Below, in pieces: positions 25,220 through 36,350 of a DNA stretch of 60,000 nucleotides. The stretch covers positions 23,500,001 to 23,560,000 of the forward strand of contig CM052818.1 of NCBI GenBank assembly GCA_028534125.1. The letters are read 5' to 3'. The translations under genes and the position numbers were made by a program. Under the pieces are notes generated by a model. It was not told the DNA's origin, did no database searches, and saw only the letters and a program-made list of their open reading frames with translations. The number at the start of each line of letters is the position of its first letter. Positions within the stretch are counted from its first letter, which is position 1. This stretch comes from Lama glama. Taxonomy: Eukaryota.

Positions 25220-26890
25220 GCAAACAATTTTCCCCACATGACGTACCTTCATATTCACCCTATGTAACCTATCTTTATATTGAATTCCATGGTTTTTGCT
25301 ACCTTCTAGCTACTGTCCATTTCTCTGCTTCCCTTTTGAGAAGCAGAACTTCCTAAAAAAAATTTCCATGCCCATTATCTCCAATTTATCTTTTCTCATT
25401 TTTTTAATTGAAGTTTAGTTGGTTTAAATGTGTTAATTTCTAGTGTACAACATAGTGATTCAGTTATACATATATATATATTCTTGAATCAACTCCAAAC
25501 AGGCTTTTATCCCTCATCACTGTAATAAAATAGATCAGTGGCTTTTACGTTGCCAAAATCAAAGTTCATCTCTCAGTTCTTATTTTCCTTGACTTACCAG
25601 CTTCACTTGACACAGGTGATTGTGCCTTCATTTTTGGAACACTTTCTATATTTGATTTCCAGGAGTCTACTCTTTTCCCATTTTTCTTCTATCTTACTGG
25701 CTCCTGTCTTTTATTCTCCTTTATTAAATCCCTCATATTCATTGCAAACCTCTTAAAGTTGGAGGACCCTAGAGTTTAGTTTTTAGACTAAACTCTAACT
25801 GCACTCACTCCCATGATGCACTTCTCTAACTGCACTCGCTCCGATGATCTCCTCCAGTCTATGTCTTTAAATATCATCTATGTGTTGATCACATCCAAAT
25901 TTATATTTCCAGTGTATACCTCTCCTCTGAACTCTGAACTTAGATAACCAGCTATGTAGTTGACATCACTACTTGGATGTCTGATTAGCCACTTCAGACT
26001 TAATAGTTTGAAGTAAATACCTGATTCTTCTTCTTGGCCATGTTACTTTCTAGCATTCTGCATTTTGATGAGTGGAATATTCATTCTCTCATTTTCCCTG
26101 ATCAAAAACCTTGGAGTCATTTTTCACTCCTTTCTTCTTCTCAAACCCCAACATCCAATGAATCAGCAAACTCTGTCAGGACACTTCTTTCAGATAAGTA
26201 CCAATGATCACTCTGGTTCAGGCACCATCCTATTTTGTCTGGATAATTTCAAGTCTCTTAACTGGTCTTTCTATTTTCACCTTTGGCCCTAGTATGTATT
26301 CTCTTCGCGGTGGTCATGGTACTGTTTCTGAAATATAAAGCAGATCTTGTTATTCCTCTGACCAAAAACTTACATATGGGTTTTCCATATCCCACAGAAT
26401 AAAACCCAAAGTTCTAACAGGGGCTTTTAAGCCCCTGTGAGATCTAATCCTGTATTTCCTCTCTGACTTTCTTGCTTACTGCTCTGCCCGCTACTCTGGT
26501 TCTCTTGTTATTTTTTAAAATGCCAGGCATGTTTCTACCTCAGAACCTTTACACTTTGCATTTTCTGTTCCCTCCCTTAGGATTCCCTTCCCTCAGGTAC
26601 CTGCATGGCTTGCTCCAATGCTTCATTCAGGTGTCTACCCCAGTATAAAATAGTCCCATCACTCTCTATCAATACTCTTGCTCTGCTTTTATCACTCAAT
26701 AACCCCCTTTTCCTAGCAGACTTATTTATTTGCTTATTTCTTCATTTTTTTCTCTCTATTGGGAAACAAATGCCATAGGGGTAGGAACATTGTCTCTTTT
26801 CTTCACAGTTATGTACGTGGTTCTGGAATAGCTCCAGGTATATAATGATATTATTATTTATAAATATTTAATATATAGTAAGTGAATGAA
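25220..26890 (+). mobile_element. L2a-like LINE, interrupted by a short L1 tail at ~25399-25482
   Basis: gccaaaatc...tctcagttcttatt...acttggatgtctgattag...aaaaaccttggagtcat...gtgaatgaat tail. Confidence 0.85.
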
Positions 26891-27220
26891 TTTTTAGGCA
26901 TTTAGGACAGGGATGAGTGAACAATAACCCAGTGGGAGTACACATGTGGAGCACGGCACTATTATAAGTGGATTTCATGAAATATAAAAAGTATACTGGT
27001 AAAAGCCAGGAAGCTATAAATATCACTACCTTAGAAATAAGGACTCAGAAGAAAAATAGTCTACTGTCAACCTCCAGTACCTCCCTACTTTCTTACCTAG
27101 TCACGAGCTCTCTTTTGACCTCATTCCCCACTCAGGCTTCCTCTGCCTTTTTCCTTAGAGGTATACCCAGAAGAAAAAATTAAAAATAACATCGTACTTT
27201 ATATTTTTTGATTTTTTAAT

Positions 27221-27299
27221 ATAATCAATTCCATCTGACATGTTTCATTGCCCTATTAACTTTGGCAAATGTCCTGTCTTACAGGAATATAACCCCAAC
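27221..27299 (+). pseudogene. Putative pseudo-exon: NQFHLTCFIALLTLANVLSYRNITP
   Basis: Donor AAC|GTAAGC; upstream T-tract ends in AT rather than AG (acceptor possibly mutated); ends phase 2. Confidence 0.35.
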
Positions 27300-27503
27300 G
27301 TAAGCCTATAACTAGCTAATTTTTAAATTTTTATTTAAGTATTTAATACTTAACTTGGTTTCAAAGAATACCAGAAAGGCAGTGCCATTACATAAGCCAC
27401 AGCCATATAACGTGAATATAGGAGACTAAGAATAAGGAGAAAAGGAATTTAAATGAATTAAACACAGTCGTGATTAAGACTTTGTTATAAAAGCATGCCA
27501 TAG

Positions 27504-27711
27504 AGTGAGTCAGCAAACTACAGCAGCTAAACCCAGCCCATGCTTGTAAATAAAGTTTTATTGGAACACAGCCACGCATTTGTTTGTGCATTGTCTATGG
27601 CTGATTTCACACCACAATGGGGCAGAGTTGACTGTGATAGAGTCAGTGTGGCCCACAGAGATGCAAATACTTACTATCTGCCTCTTTATAAAAAGTTTGC
27701 CAATTCCTGCC
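27504..27711. mobile_element. MER58A hAT-Charlie MITE
   Basis: gtcagcaaactac...ttgtaaataaagttttattggaacacagccac...aaaagtttgcc. Confidence 0.9.
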
Positions 27712-27845
27712 ACAGAGTCCTATACACTTACAAAGGACTGGCTCCAGATTTGCTTCTAACCTTCTATTTGCTAATGCAGAGATGTAACTTTTGCCACTCA
27801 CGAGGGCCTCAGTTTCTGTAGAGCAAAATAAATTCAGCTTTTCAG

Positions 27846-27940
27846 ATGAAGAGCAATGATTTCTGATGCTGAAGACCAGAAAGAACTTTCGGCTAAGGAT
27901 CCGTATCAGTAGAACCTTGAATAATGTGACAGTGTCTTTT
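27846..27940 (+). pseudogene. Putative pseudo-exon: *RAMISDAEDQKELSAKDPYQ*NLE*CDSVF
   Basis: Acceptor cagcttttcag, donor TTT|GTAAGT, phase 2 to 1. Confidence 0.45.
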
Positions 27941-28152
27941 GTAAGTTCCTCAGACTAAACATGATGAAGAACAAATTCTGTTGGGGTATTTCTTAAAATA
28001 TCCCTTCATATAGACTGATATCATCATGCCAGAGTTCAGTTCTCTCTATGTAGGAAACACTGTGGGAAACCATGGCACGTAACCTCTTGCCTAAGCATCT
28101 CCATTCAAACTTTATGACCATTCCTTCCAATGATTTTTTTTTTCATCGCTAG

Positions 28153-28323
28153 TGTCATCTTATCATATCATACACTCAACATTCATCTGGATCTTAGGCA
28201 AATTCACTTTTTCTTGATCCATTATTGAAAAGAGTGAAAATTATATTCATGCAGCACACTACACTTCCAATGGTGTAGAAGTATTAAAGGCTATGCCATA
28301 TTGGTGGATTGTTAAAAATTTCA
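28153..28323 (+). pseudogene. Putative pseudo-exon: SSYHIIHSTFIWILGKFTFS*SIIEKSENYIHAAHYTSNGVEVLKAMPYWWIVKNF
   Basis: Acceptor ttttttcatcgctag; phase 1, matching the previous exon; one stop in 56 codons; donor region tandemly duplicated. Confidence 0.5.
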
Positions 28324-29957
28324 GTACATGTGTGGATTGTTAAAAGTTTCAGTATGTATGGTAGTAAATGGCTTGAGAGAAGGTTGGTGGCAAAGTAAGT
28401 TGAGGTCAGGTTGTAAAGAATCATGATAAGTCATTTGGGCTTCATCCAGGTGGTGATGGGGTCCCCACTAAGATTTTCAAAGTCATTTTTGACTATACTT
28501 CTTTTAGCCAAATACTGAAGAACATAAAGTTATTTAAAAAACAAAGAAAGAGGCCATCACGCTTTGTCTTTCCCTAAAGCAACTTCAAACAAATGTCCTT
28601 CTGTTCAAACAGATCACCATGGCGTGTTCTGGGTCTGAGGAATTGCTTCTAGTAGGTTCTTCTGCATTCCACTGCCCCTAGCTTTTTAATATTCTCTCAT
28701 TGGAGTTCATGGCTGTCTTCTTCCAAGGTCAAGCCTTTTTCAAATCCTCCATTACCCTTTTCCTGCAGTGTTTTTAACACAAACACATGCTCTGTCTGTC
28801 AAGTACTGTGTAAAAATGACTTTGCTGGAAGGCGTGTAGATTTCTGGGCATAAACCACACACAGAGCAAGCATGACAGGCAGATGGCCTCATTACTAGCT
28901 CCAGCCCGAGCCAGACAGAAGCAGTGCTGGGGCTTTTACAGGATGAGGCAGTTACAGTCCTCTGATCTTCAGCTCTGTACCTTGGTCTCAGGTCTACTCC
29001 TTAGGTTCAGTTTAATACAACTCCCTTCAGAACTTCCATTTTACATTTTCCCCCTTTGTTTAGATTCCACTCAGCATTATAAAAGTATAAAAGTATAAAT
29101 AATAGCTCTCCTCTAGATGCTTTCTGTATGCCTCGATACTTGTACTTACTGGTGTTTTTCACTCTGGTCTGCTCAAATTCCCTTAAGTTCTTTCTCCAAT
29201 TTTTCAGTCTCACCCAGCCAGCCTGTCTCCTGAGTTTCAGTTTTTCTTAAGTGTCTTTCTTCCATCAACATCCCTGGATTGCACCCTGAACACGTGAGCA
29301 TTTCTCAGTCTGACTTTCTGTTGCCTGTCAATCTGTTTTAAAATTAGTATGCCAACACTTCTCCTTTTATATATAATATAGTTATAAGACAATTCATAAG
29401 AAAGCTAGGGCAGGATGAGGGGTAAGAATGTTTTTACTCATTCATATTTAAGAATGTGAGTAGATGGGGAAAAATAAGTAAAAAAAATTGAGAGATAAAT
29501 GAAAGCCTAATTGCCTAATTTATGCTCCGTCAAGCCCCCCTTTTACAAATTTGGGCAGTGTGGCAGTCTCTCCTGCTTGTCTCAGTAGAAAAGAAGCAAA
29601 CACTCTGGTCTTGCTCTCTTGATTCCTTTTAGGGTAAATAGGGGAGAGTAGTTTCCTAGTTTCCTTCTTTCCCTTGAGTGTTAGTCTTATGCTTATTCTT
29701 ATTTTCTCAGATATATTTTAAGCTTATGGAAGGGAGGGTCCATGCATTTATCACACTGTATCTCGCACAGCACTCAACAGGCGGCTCTGGAAATCTCTTG
29801 CTTTTGTTTTATTCCATGTTGACTTCATCCTTCAGTGGGGATAAGCTGGTCTCCCGTTGTTCTGCTCTTAGCATCTTCCCAAGTTCAAGTTCAATAGAAG
29901 GGATAGCATCTCCCTAAACAGTCAAACAAAATACCAGTACCTATCCTTTGCCTTCAC

Positions 29958-30174
29958 TGAGTCCTCTGTACCCTTGAAGAGTTACTGTGGCCAGAGTGAT
30001 GAAATGGCCCTGTTGGTGGGTGAAAGGGTACAGGAGCTGGACGAAGAGTCATCTCTACTTGAAGCACACAGACTTCAGTGTAAGAGAGGGATCCTCAAAG
30101 GAAAATCAAGTTTCTGTTTCCAAAAGATGGGGAACTAGATGATGGTTATCTAACACAACAAACGTTCAGAACAA
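29958..30174 (-). mobile_element. MaLR LTR fragment (MLT1J-like)
   Basis: actgtggccagag...aaaggaaaatcaag...tgtttccaaaagatgggg. Confidence 0.5.
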
Positions 30175-30379
30175 TGTTCTTATTAAGAAGATTATGAGGG
30201 TAGTAGTATGTTATTGTAGCTCCCATAAACCTTGAGCAACAAATACTGAATGACTCTGAGAGTTGTAAGTTTCCCAAGAATGGCTCTGGACAGATCTGAT
30301 GAGAATTTGGAAGCCACTAGAGGCAACGTGAAAGCTACAAGGTGTTGCTAAAAAAGACAGTTCTCTGCGGATCAGAGGA

Positions 30380-30570
30380 GACCTCCTGTTGCTTATAGAA
30401 TAAAGTGCAGAGCCTTAGCGTGATACACAAGATCCTTTACAACCTGACCCCAATTTACTTCTATTTCATCTCCTGCCGACTTCTACTGTACTCAGTATAA
30501 TCCAGCCCAATACAGTTTCTTATCAGTCTCTAAACACGTGCTGCTGTTTCATGGCTCAATAACCTTCTCC
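30380..30570 (+). mobile_element. L2 fragment
   Basis: ctcctgttgcttatagaataaagtgca...ccttagcgtgatacacaag. Confidence 0.6.
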
Positions 30571-30769
30571 CCATCTTTGTTCTTCATTTTTTCAAAAAAT
30601 AAACTTAAAGAACACATCAAGAGAAATGCCCAACTCAGTGACTTTTTGAAAATCTTGTTTCATTTTTGGAATGCTCTCTCGTATTCTTTTCAAACCAATA
30701 CATCTCTATTAGTTCATGGGTGAAGCTCAAATATTACTACTTGTGTAAAGGTCTCAGAGAGTTAGTCAC

Positions 30770-31290
30770 CTCTAACTTGGATGCCTGTGTGGATGGTGAC
30801 ACTATTACACTACAGAAGGATTACAGGAGAAGGAAGGAGTTTGGCTAGTGGGAAGGTGAGGAGGATGGTGGACTCCATCTTGGGCAGGTGAGTCTGAAGT
30901 GATTGTAGAGGAATGACTGGGTGGTGTCTAGATGCAGTGGATCAAGATATTCAGCTGAGGGTCTTGACGTGAAGATACTGATCTGGGTGTTGCCACATAA
31001 TAGTGGTGGATGAGATTTCTCAGTGAGAACATTATCTGGGGTGCAACCTTGGAGAACACAACATTTCAGAGGAGGGCTGAGGCACCGAGTAGGCAGTAAT
31101 GGAGATGAGAGAGGATGAGCAGAGAGGTATGAGGAGAGGAGGATCTCAGCAGTTAACCAGTGGCCGAGCAGATGGAGTGTCTGGAGAAGGAAGTGAATAG
31201 TGGTAAGTGGTGGAAACAGCTCAAGGATGATAAAGATCAGTAAGTGACCAGTACCTTGGAAGGCACGGGTGATGACTTTGAGAGAGTTTG
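30770..31290 (-). mobile_element. L2 fragment
   Basis: Purine-rich reverse L2 (gtgagtctgaagtg...gtgaccagtaccttgg); explains ORF 30845..31321. Confidence 0.65.
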
Positions 31291-31507
31291 AAAGAAACTT
31301 GGGGCCTATAGAGGGAACCATAGCAGGAGTGCCCCTCTGGGGTATAATGGCACTAAAAGGCAGCTTTCCTGAGCATCTTGTGATAGCAACTAGAGAAACA
31401 AAATCTGTTCCAGCATGAATAAGAGAATTAGAGTTACAGCCGTAACACCTCCAACCTGCGTTTGGTGACAGACATTCATCATAGCATCAGAATGGGTTTC
31501 TTTCTAG

Positions 31508-31796
31508 AATATTTCCTTTGAATGGAGAATTCTTTTACATGAACATAATAACAGAAAAACATAGCTTCTTAAAAATCACATCAATAACTCCTTGGGGACA
31601 GAGTTGACCAAATACATCATTACATCCTACCACATAGCACAAAAAATAAAGTCCACCGACCTGGTTAAAAAGGAGCGATTATTAGCTTGTTCCCTCTGAA
31701 CAAACGTTATTCTGTAGTCTATCCTCAGGACTCCTATACTTCAAATGAACAAAAGCTCATTTTATAGTTACTAAATTGCTCATTGCTGGTTCCGTG
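31508..31796 (+). pseudogene. Putative pseudo-exon: ...LLKNHINNSLGTELTKYIITSYHIAQKIKSTDLVKKERLLACSL*...IAHCWFR
   Basis: Acceptor gtttctttctag, donor GTG|GTAAGA; four stops in 96 codons; ends phase 1. Confidence 0.45.
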
Positions 31797-31989
31797 GTAA
31801 GAAAACAGTGATGAAAATATAAGGAAAAAAGTACCAGAATATGTGAACTTTTTGGATATTCACTATTGGCATATTAAAACTTCAGGTTAAACCTATGGCA
31901 GTGAGAAGGCATGTGGTTGTGGAGTTATGGTGGCAATCAGAAAAGATCTCAAAGATGTCAGAGATTCATTTCATTCTTGTTGTTCCTAG

Positions 31990-32180
31990 GTCCAGCCCTC
32001 CAGTCCAATAGGTCTGGAAATTTAATCAATAACTTATTCAGGGAAACTCAAGCCTTGAGAAAAAAGACAGAAATAATCTATTTCAGATCCATGAAACCGA
32101 GTTTTAGCTAAAGCAATAGTTGATGTTAAAATTGTATCTTTCTAAACCTCTATGTGGGACATTAAAGCTAACATTAGAAG
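31990..32180 (+). pseudogene. Putative pseudo-exon: GPALQSNRSGNLINNLFRETQALRKK...
   Basis: Strong acceptor ttcattcttgttgttcctag; the phase-1 reading is the frame of ORF 31911..32111; another strong acceptor follows at 32304-32305. Confidence 0.45.
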
Positions 32181-33200
32181 GTTGTGTGATGACTATATGG
32201 AATCAGAATAATATCTAAGTAATCCTGTCTACTAACCTATATTCCTTGATGTAGCCAACGAAGCAGACATTTGGCCCATTTTCCCCTGTTGTCTTTGGTT
32301 CTTAGGCCTCTCTGCAGCTCTGTGTAACACCACAGAGTCTCTCTCTAGTCCAAAGCTTTTTCAAACATTTCAGTGGTTCCAGAAAGTCTCAGAAACCAAG
32401 ACTTAACATCCCAGATCGAAAGATCACAAGGGAGCGATGCACAGTCTAGGGACTTCTTTTCCAAGGCTTAAGCATGTCTTTTCCATTCCTGCACCAACAC
32501 TTAGATTAATCAGCCCTTGTTTGCTTCAGGTCAGGAATTCACAAGTATCTTGTGGCTCATTACCTAATTGACTCAAACAAGGAGTTTGGTGGGTAGGTTT
32601 GTCTTCCTCAGCTAGGAAGTAAGAACACAGATAGTCCTTGAATTCTGCCTGTTTGGTAGAATCAGCAGAAATTCCTCCCATTACCTTTTTTTTTTTTTTT
32701 TTCAGATTGAGGAGATTCTGAGACAAAAAAATGTATAGAGTTAATGTCAACATCCAGGCAGCATAAGTTAAGAGTTAGTGTGCTGCTTTTGTGATGTCAC
32801 ACAATCCATCCTATATTGTAACTCTTTTTCAAGCTTAATCCTAGACCCTGCCTTGAAGGGTGGGCAGTTGAAGGGATAGAGTGTCAAGCTTATTTTCCTC
32901 TAACGGCCGAAGCTGATAGTGGGTCCCTCAGTCAGCCCTATCGTTTGTTTGAATTGTTCTGATGCAAAACGTATTGAGGCAAAACAACTTTGATCTTTGT
33001 GTCCTATATTTTTGCTGATTTCATTTTAAGTTTTAATTGATAAGAGAAATACAGGAACAGAGCAACAGGAGTGTCTTCCAAAGACTAGCTTTTGTTGCCA
33101 CTCTTGGAGGATATCAGGTCTCACACGCTGGATTAAATCATGCCGGTGGTATGTCCGAACTTGTGAAATGGCATGGCATGGTAAAATGAGGTTTGGTGAC

Positions 33201-33644
33201 TGTATTAATCACGATTCCAGCTAACAAAAAAAAAGAGAGCATATCCAAATGAGGGTAATCTTAGAAGGGCTTAAAAAGGGACTATTTCCCAAGGCAAGGG
33301 CAGAATGTAGGAAATCGTAAGTCAGGTGTCGTACCTTAGGCCTGTTACCACGACTAGACCCACGAGAGTAACGTGTATGATCCTAGCCTGGAAGGAAGAA
33401 TTGTGTGGGGAAGGCCCACTGGGGTGGAGCGCTGAGCTCTGGTGAAGGGACACAGCTGGCCCTACATGAACCTGAAGGGAAGGAGGGAAAGACGTAAGGA
33501 CCTCAACTCTCCTCACTCCCGCCTTTCCCTAGTGTGTGTTTCTGGCTTCCCTGTTGGCACATTGATGTAATCATACAGGCTAGATGTGGGCTGGGTGGAA
33601 AAGAAAGGAGAACGGGTCTAAAGGGCAAACAAATATTTGACATA
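33201..33644 (-). mobile_element. LTR33-like ERVL LTR
   Basis: tgtattaatca...gggtaat...aaagggactattt...gaagggacacagc...agggcaaacaaatatt. Confidence 0.75.
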
Positions 33645-33649
33645 GGTCC

Positions 33650-33850
33650 AACGAGTTTGGGTTCAAATTCTGGGCCCACAGTTACCAACTATTCATCTTT
33701 GAACCAGATTTAGCTTCTCTGATACTCAGTTTTCTGCCTCTCAGAATTTCTGGGGGTGTTAAATGGATAATTAATTAGAAAAATGTCTGCTATATCACAT
33801 GACACATGAATCTCTAGAAATGCTTATCGAATGTTTACTGAATGAAGAAC
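33650..33850 (+). mobile_element. MIR fragment
   Basis: tgggttcaaattctgg...ctcagttttctgc. Confidence 0.65.
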
Positions 33851-34194
33851 TACCTGATTAATTAAAAATGAAAGATTGGTGAAAGCAGAGGCTAAGACGT
33901 ATTGTTTTTGTTTTGTTTTGTGTTTTTACAAGTTATGCACCATAAATAAAATTTTTGATGTGTTTCCATCTGAAAACATACTTCCCTAAGGCAATCATGT
34001 AATCAATATTTTCTAGGCAATCTGCTCAGGGAAATATGCATAAAAAACAAATAATCATTACTGATAAAGTGTGACTATTGTGTTCTGAACAGTTAAAATG
34101 TTATGTTTACATGCCTTTGATGAGTCAAGATGGCTTTCCAATTTCCTAATTTTATGAACTAAAATACATAAAACTAAATCTCTCTTAAAGACCA

Positions 34195-34375
34195 TAGAAT
34201 TTTAGAATTGGAAATGGCCCATGGAAAATCATCTGTTCATTTTTTATTTTGCAGTAGAAAAAACTGAGGCCCAGAAGTGTAAACTCATCCAGGGCTAATA
34301 ACCCAGATAGCAGCACAGGTACAGCTGGAGTCCGGCAGTCCCGGCCTTAGTCTAAGCCGTCTCCTTCTAGGTCTT
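34195..34375 (-). mobile_element. MIR fragment
   Basis: tagaattttagaattggaa...aaactgaggcccaga. Confidence 0.7.
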
Positions 34376-35304
34376 GATTAATCACAGACTAAAGGGCAGA
34401 ACTGACTAAAAGTCCCCCATCTTATAAATCAGCAGGAAGCTTGCCTAGAGGATAGAACAGCTTATGAATTTCAGTCACTATCTAGATTACAAGAGAAAGA
34501 AGCAAATTAAAACAAAGCATTAACGTTTCGCAATTTGTAAAAGAACCTCTTGCCATAAATGATCATCATTATTATACCATCCTCTCATGTGGATACAATT
34601 TGTCTGGAGGCTCTTGTAAATAAATTGTATATACTTCCAGAAAACTTGAAATGAGGCTCTGCGTCATTGGGAGAAGCAGCGGACAAATGCACCCACTTGA
34701 GATGAAGGATGACTCTGGTTCTTCAGTCCAAGAAAAATAAACTAGCTCTGTGTATTCACAGGAAGAAGCATCTCACTGAAGTTTTCCCTAGTGTGATAGG
34801 ACGATTTTCTTTACTAATTCACAAGGATTTGAGTGAGAACAGACAAGGATCATGATTTAGAATATTATGTGAGGGGTTCTTTATTCTTAGAAAAGAGAAT
34901 GTGAAAATTCTCAAGAAGACTGAATATCGGCATTTACCCTCCAGAAAAAGAGATTTTTCTTGAAGGCATATTATCCATCTTTCTCACTATGTCTCTTCTA
35001 AGAGGAACCACTCTTAAGGCTGTGGAAACATTCTGGGACTCTGAAGGGAAAAAAAATTGTTTAGGGGACCAAGGCTAAAACCATGCTGGTCTCAGCCATG
35101 CCACATGGAGGGGCCATGGCGTAGCTCGTGAGATGCTTAGTTCCCTTAATTAGGACAAACCCCACTCACAAAACCTCTGGGAAGAAAAACCAATTTACGC
35201 TCTAGGGGATCAATCACAGCTTCAGACTTTCCAATTAACTTCCCTTTTTATTAGCCCTCATTGATAGCCTTTGAGGTATGTTTCAATTAGCATAAATTTA
35301 GAAC

Positions 35305-35766
35305 TGTTACCGAAGGCAAGTTTGTGTGCTCGACACACCGTGAGGCCAAACAAACTGAAATGTTGTAGTCTGGAGCAGAGAAAGGTTTATTTCAGGGCCA
35401 AGCAAGGACAGGGTGGCTCATGCTCCAAGAAAACCCTGAACTCTCCCAAGGGTTTCAGCAAAGCATATTTAAAGGCCAGGGAAGGCAGGGGGTCGCAGGG
35501 TACCTGATAGGCTGTGCACAGTCCTCTGATTGGTTGATGTTGAGGTAGCTACTGACTCCCTAGGCGCCAGAAGGTCAGGGGGCCACGTGCTCATGATCAT
35601 CAAAGTAGTTAATTTCTTCCCTTTGGTGGTGGTTTTCAGCATCTGAAAAACTCAGAAAATATACATGAGATACTATTATCTGAGTGCGTCAGAGAGGAGC
35701 TGCAGCAGAGGGTATGGAGTGGGGCGTCTGTTCCAGGAAGGCTCCACAGGGTCCTGCTTGGTTACA
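35305..35766 (-). mobile_element. ERV1-class solo LTR with 4-bp TSD
   Basis: TGTTAC...GTTACA termini, TSD GAAC at 35301-35304 and 35767-35770, AATAAA on the minus strand. Confidence 0.9.
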
Positions 35767-35894
35767 GAACCAACAAACTTCTAAACTTCTGAGCTTCTAA
35801 ACTGCTATACACACCATCCAAAATGATTCCATGAACAAATCAATAAATACATATTATCATCCACTGCCCAAAATGATCATCTTCAGAGATCCTG

Positions 35895-36350
35895 TGCAGC
35901 ATGGTGGCATGAACTTGGGGCTTGGTATACTTGGGCCTCTTTGCATCTCAGTTGCCTAAAGGGAAAATAGCATGACTTACTTCATATAAAGTTGTTACAA
36001 CCCCCGGAGGTGCATTGTGAACGGACTCCAATAAAACAGGGCCTGACACACGGTGTGGACTATGCATTTTAGATGATGTTGTGGTTATGGTTGCTTTTAC
36101 GATCACATCATCATTTGGATTGTTTGTTAAGCCTGTGTTATGTTGTAGTCCTTGTTCTACGTCTCCTCCTGCAACCCTCACGGCAACCTTGAGCTTTATA
36201 GGTGTATCATTAGTTCCATTTTACAGCGGAGGAGATCAAAACTGAGAGAGCTTAGGACACTTAACTAAACACGCAGAGTAAAGGGCAGAACCACAGGTTC
36301 CGAATAAGCCCATCTGACCTCAAAACCCGTGCCCTTAAGCGCTGCACTGT
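35895..36350. mobile_element. Two MIR fragments in opposite orientations
   Basis: catctcagttgcc...gcctgacacacgg (plus); ccattttacagcggaggag...ctgacctcaaa (minus). Confidence 0.6.

Larger units (their letters stand above)
1..32500 (+). pseudogene. Putative decayed multi-exon (unitary) pseudogene of unknown identity; 5' end outside window, 3' end approximate
   Basis: Chain of ~20 exon-like segments, most bounded by polypyrimidine-AG and GT donors. Many consecutive pairs are phase-compatible, with 0-7 in-frame stops per exon. All lie in repeat-free DNA, and several are separated by short 125-480 bp introns. No homolog recognised. Confidence 0.55.

Noticed and set aside
30845..31321. 158-aa minus-strand ORF
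   Set aside because: Lies in an L2 fragment; no recognisable domain
28153..31600. Resemblance of pseudo-exon translations (SENYIHAAHYTSNGVEVLKAM, RIFPLNGEFFYMNIITEK) to the C-terminal region of ADCY10
   Set aside because: The matches are short and memory-based; upstream exons show no adenylyl cyclase or P-loop motifs; may be generic helical-repeat similarity or chance
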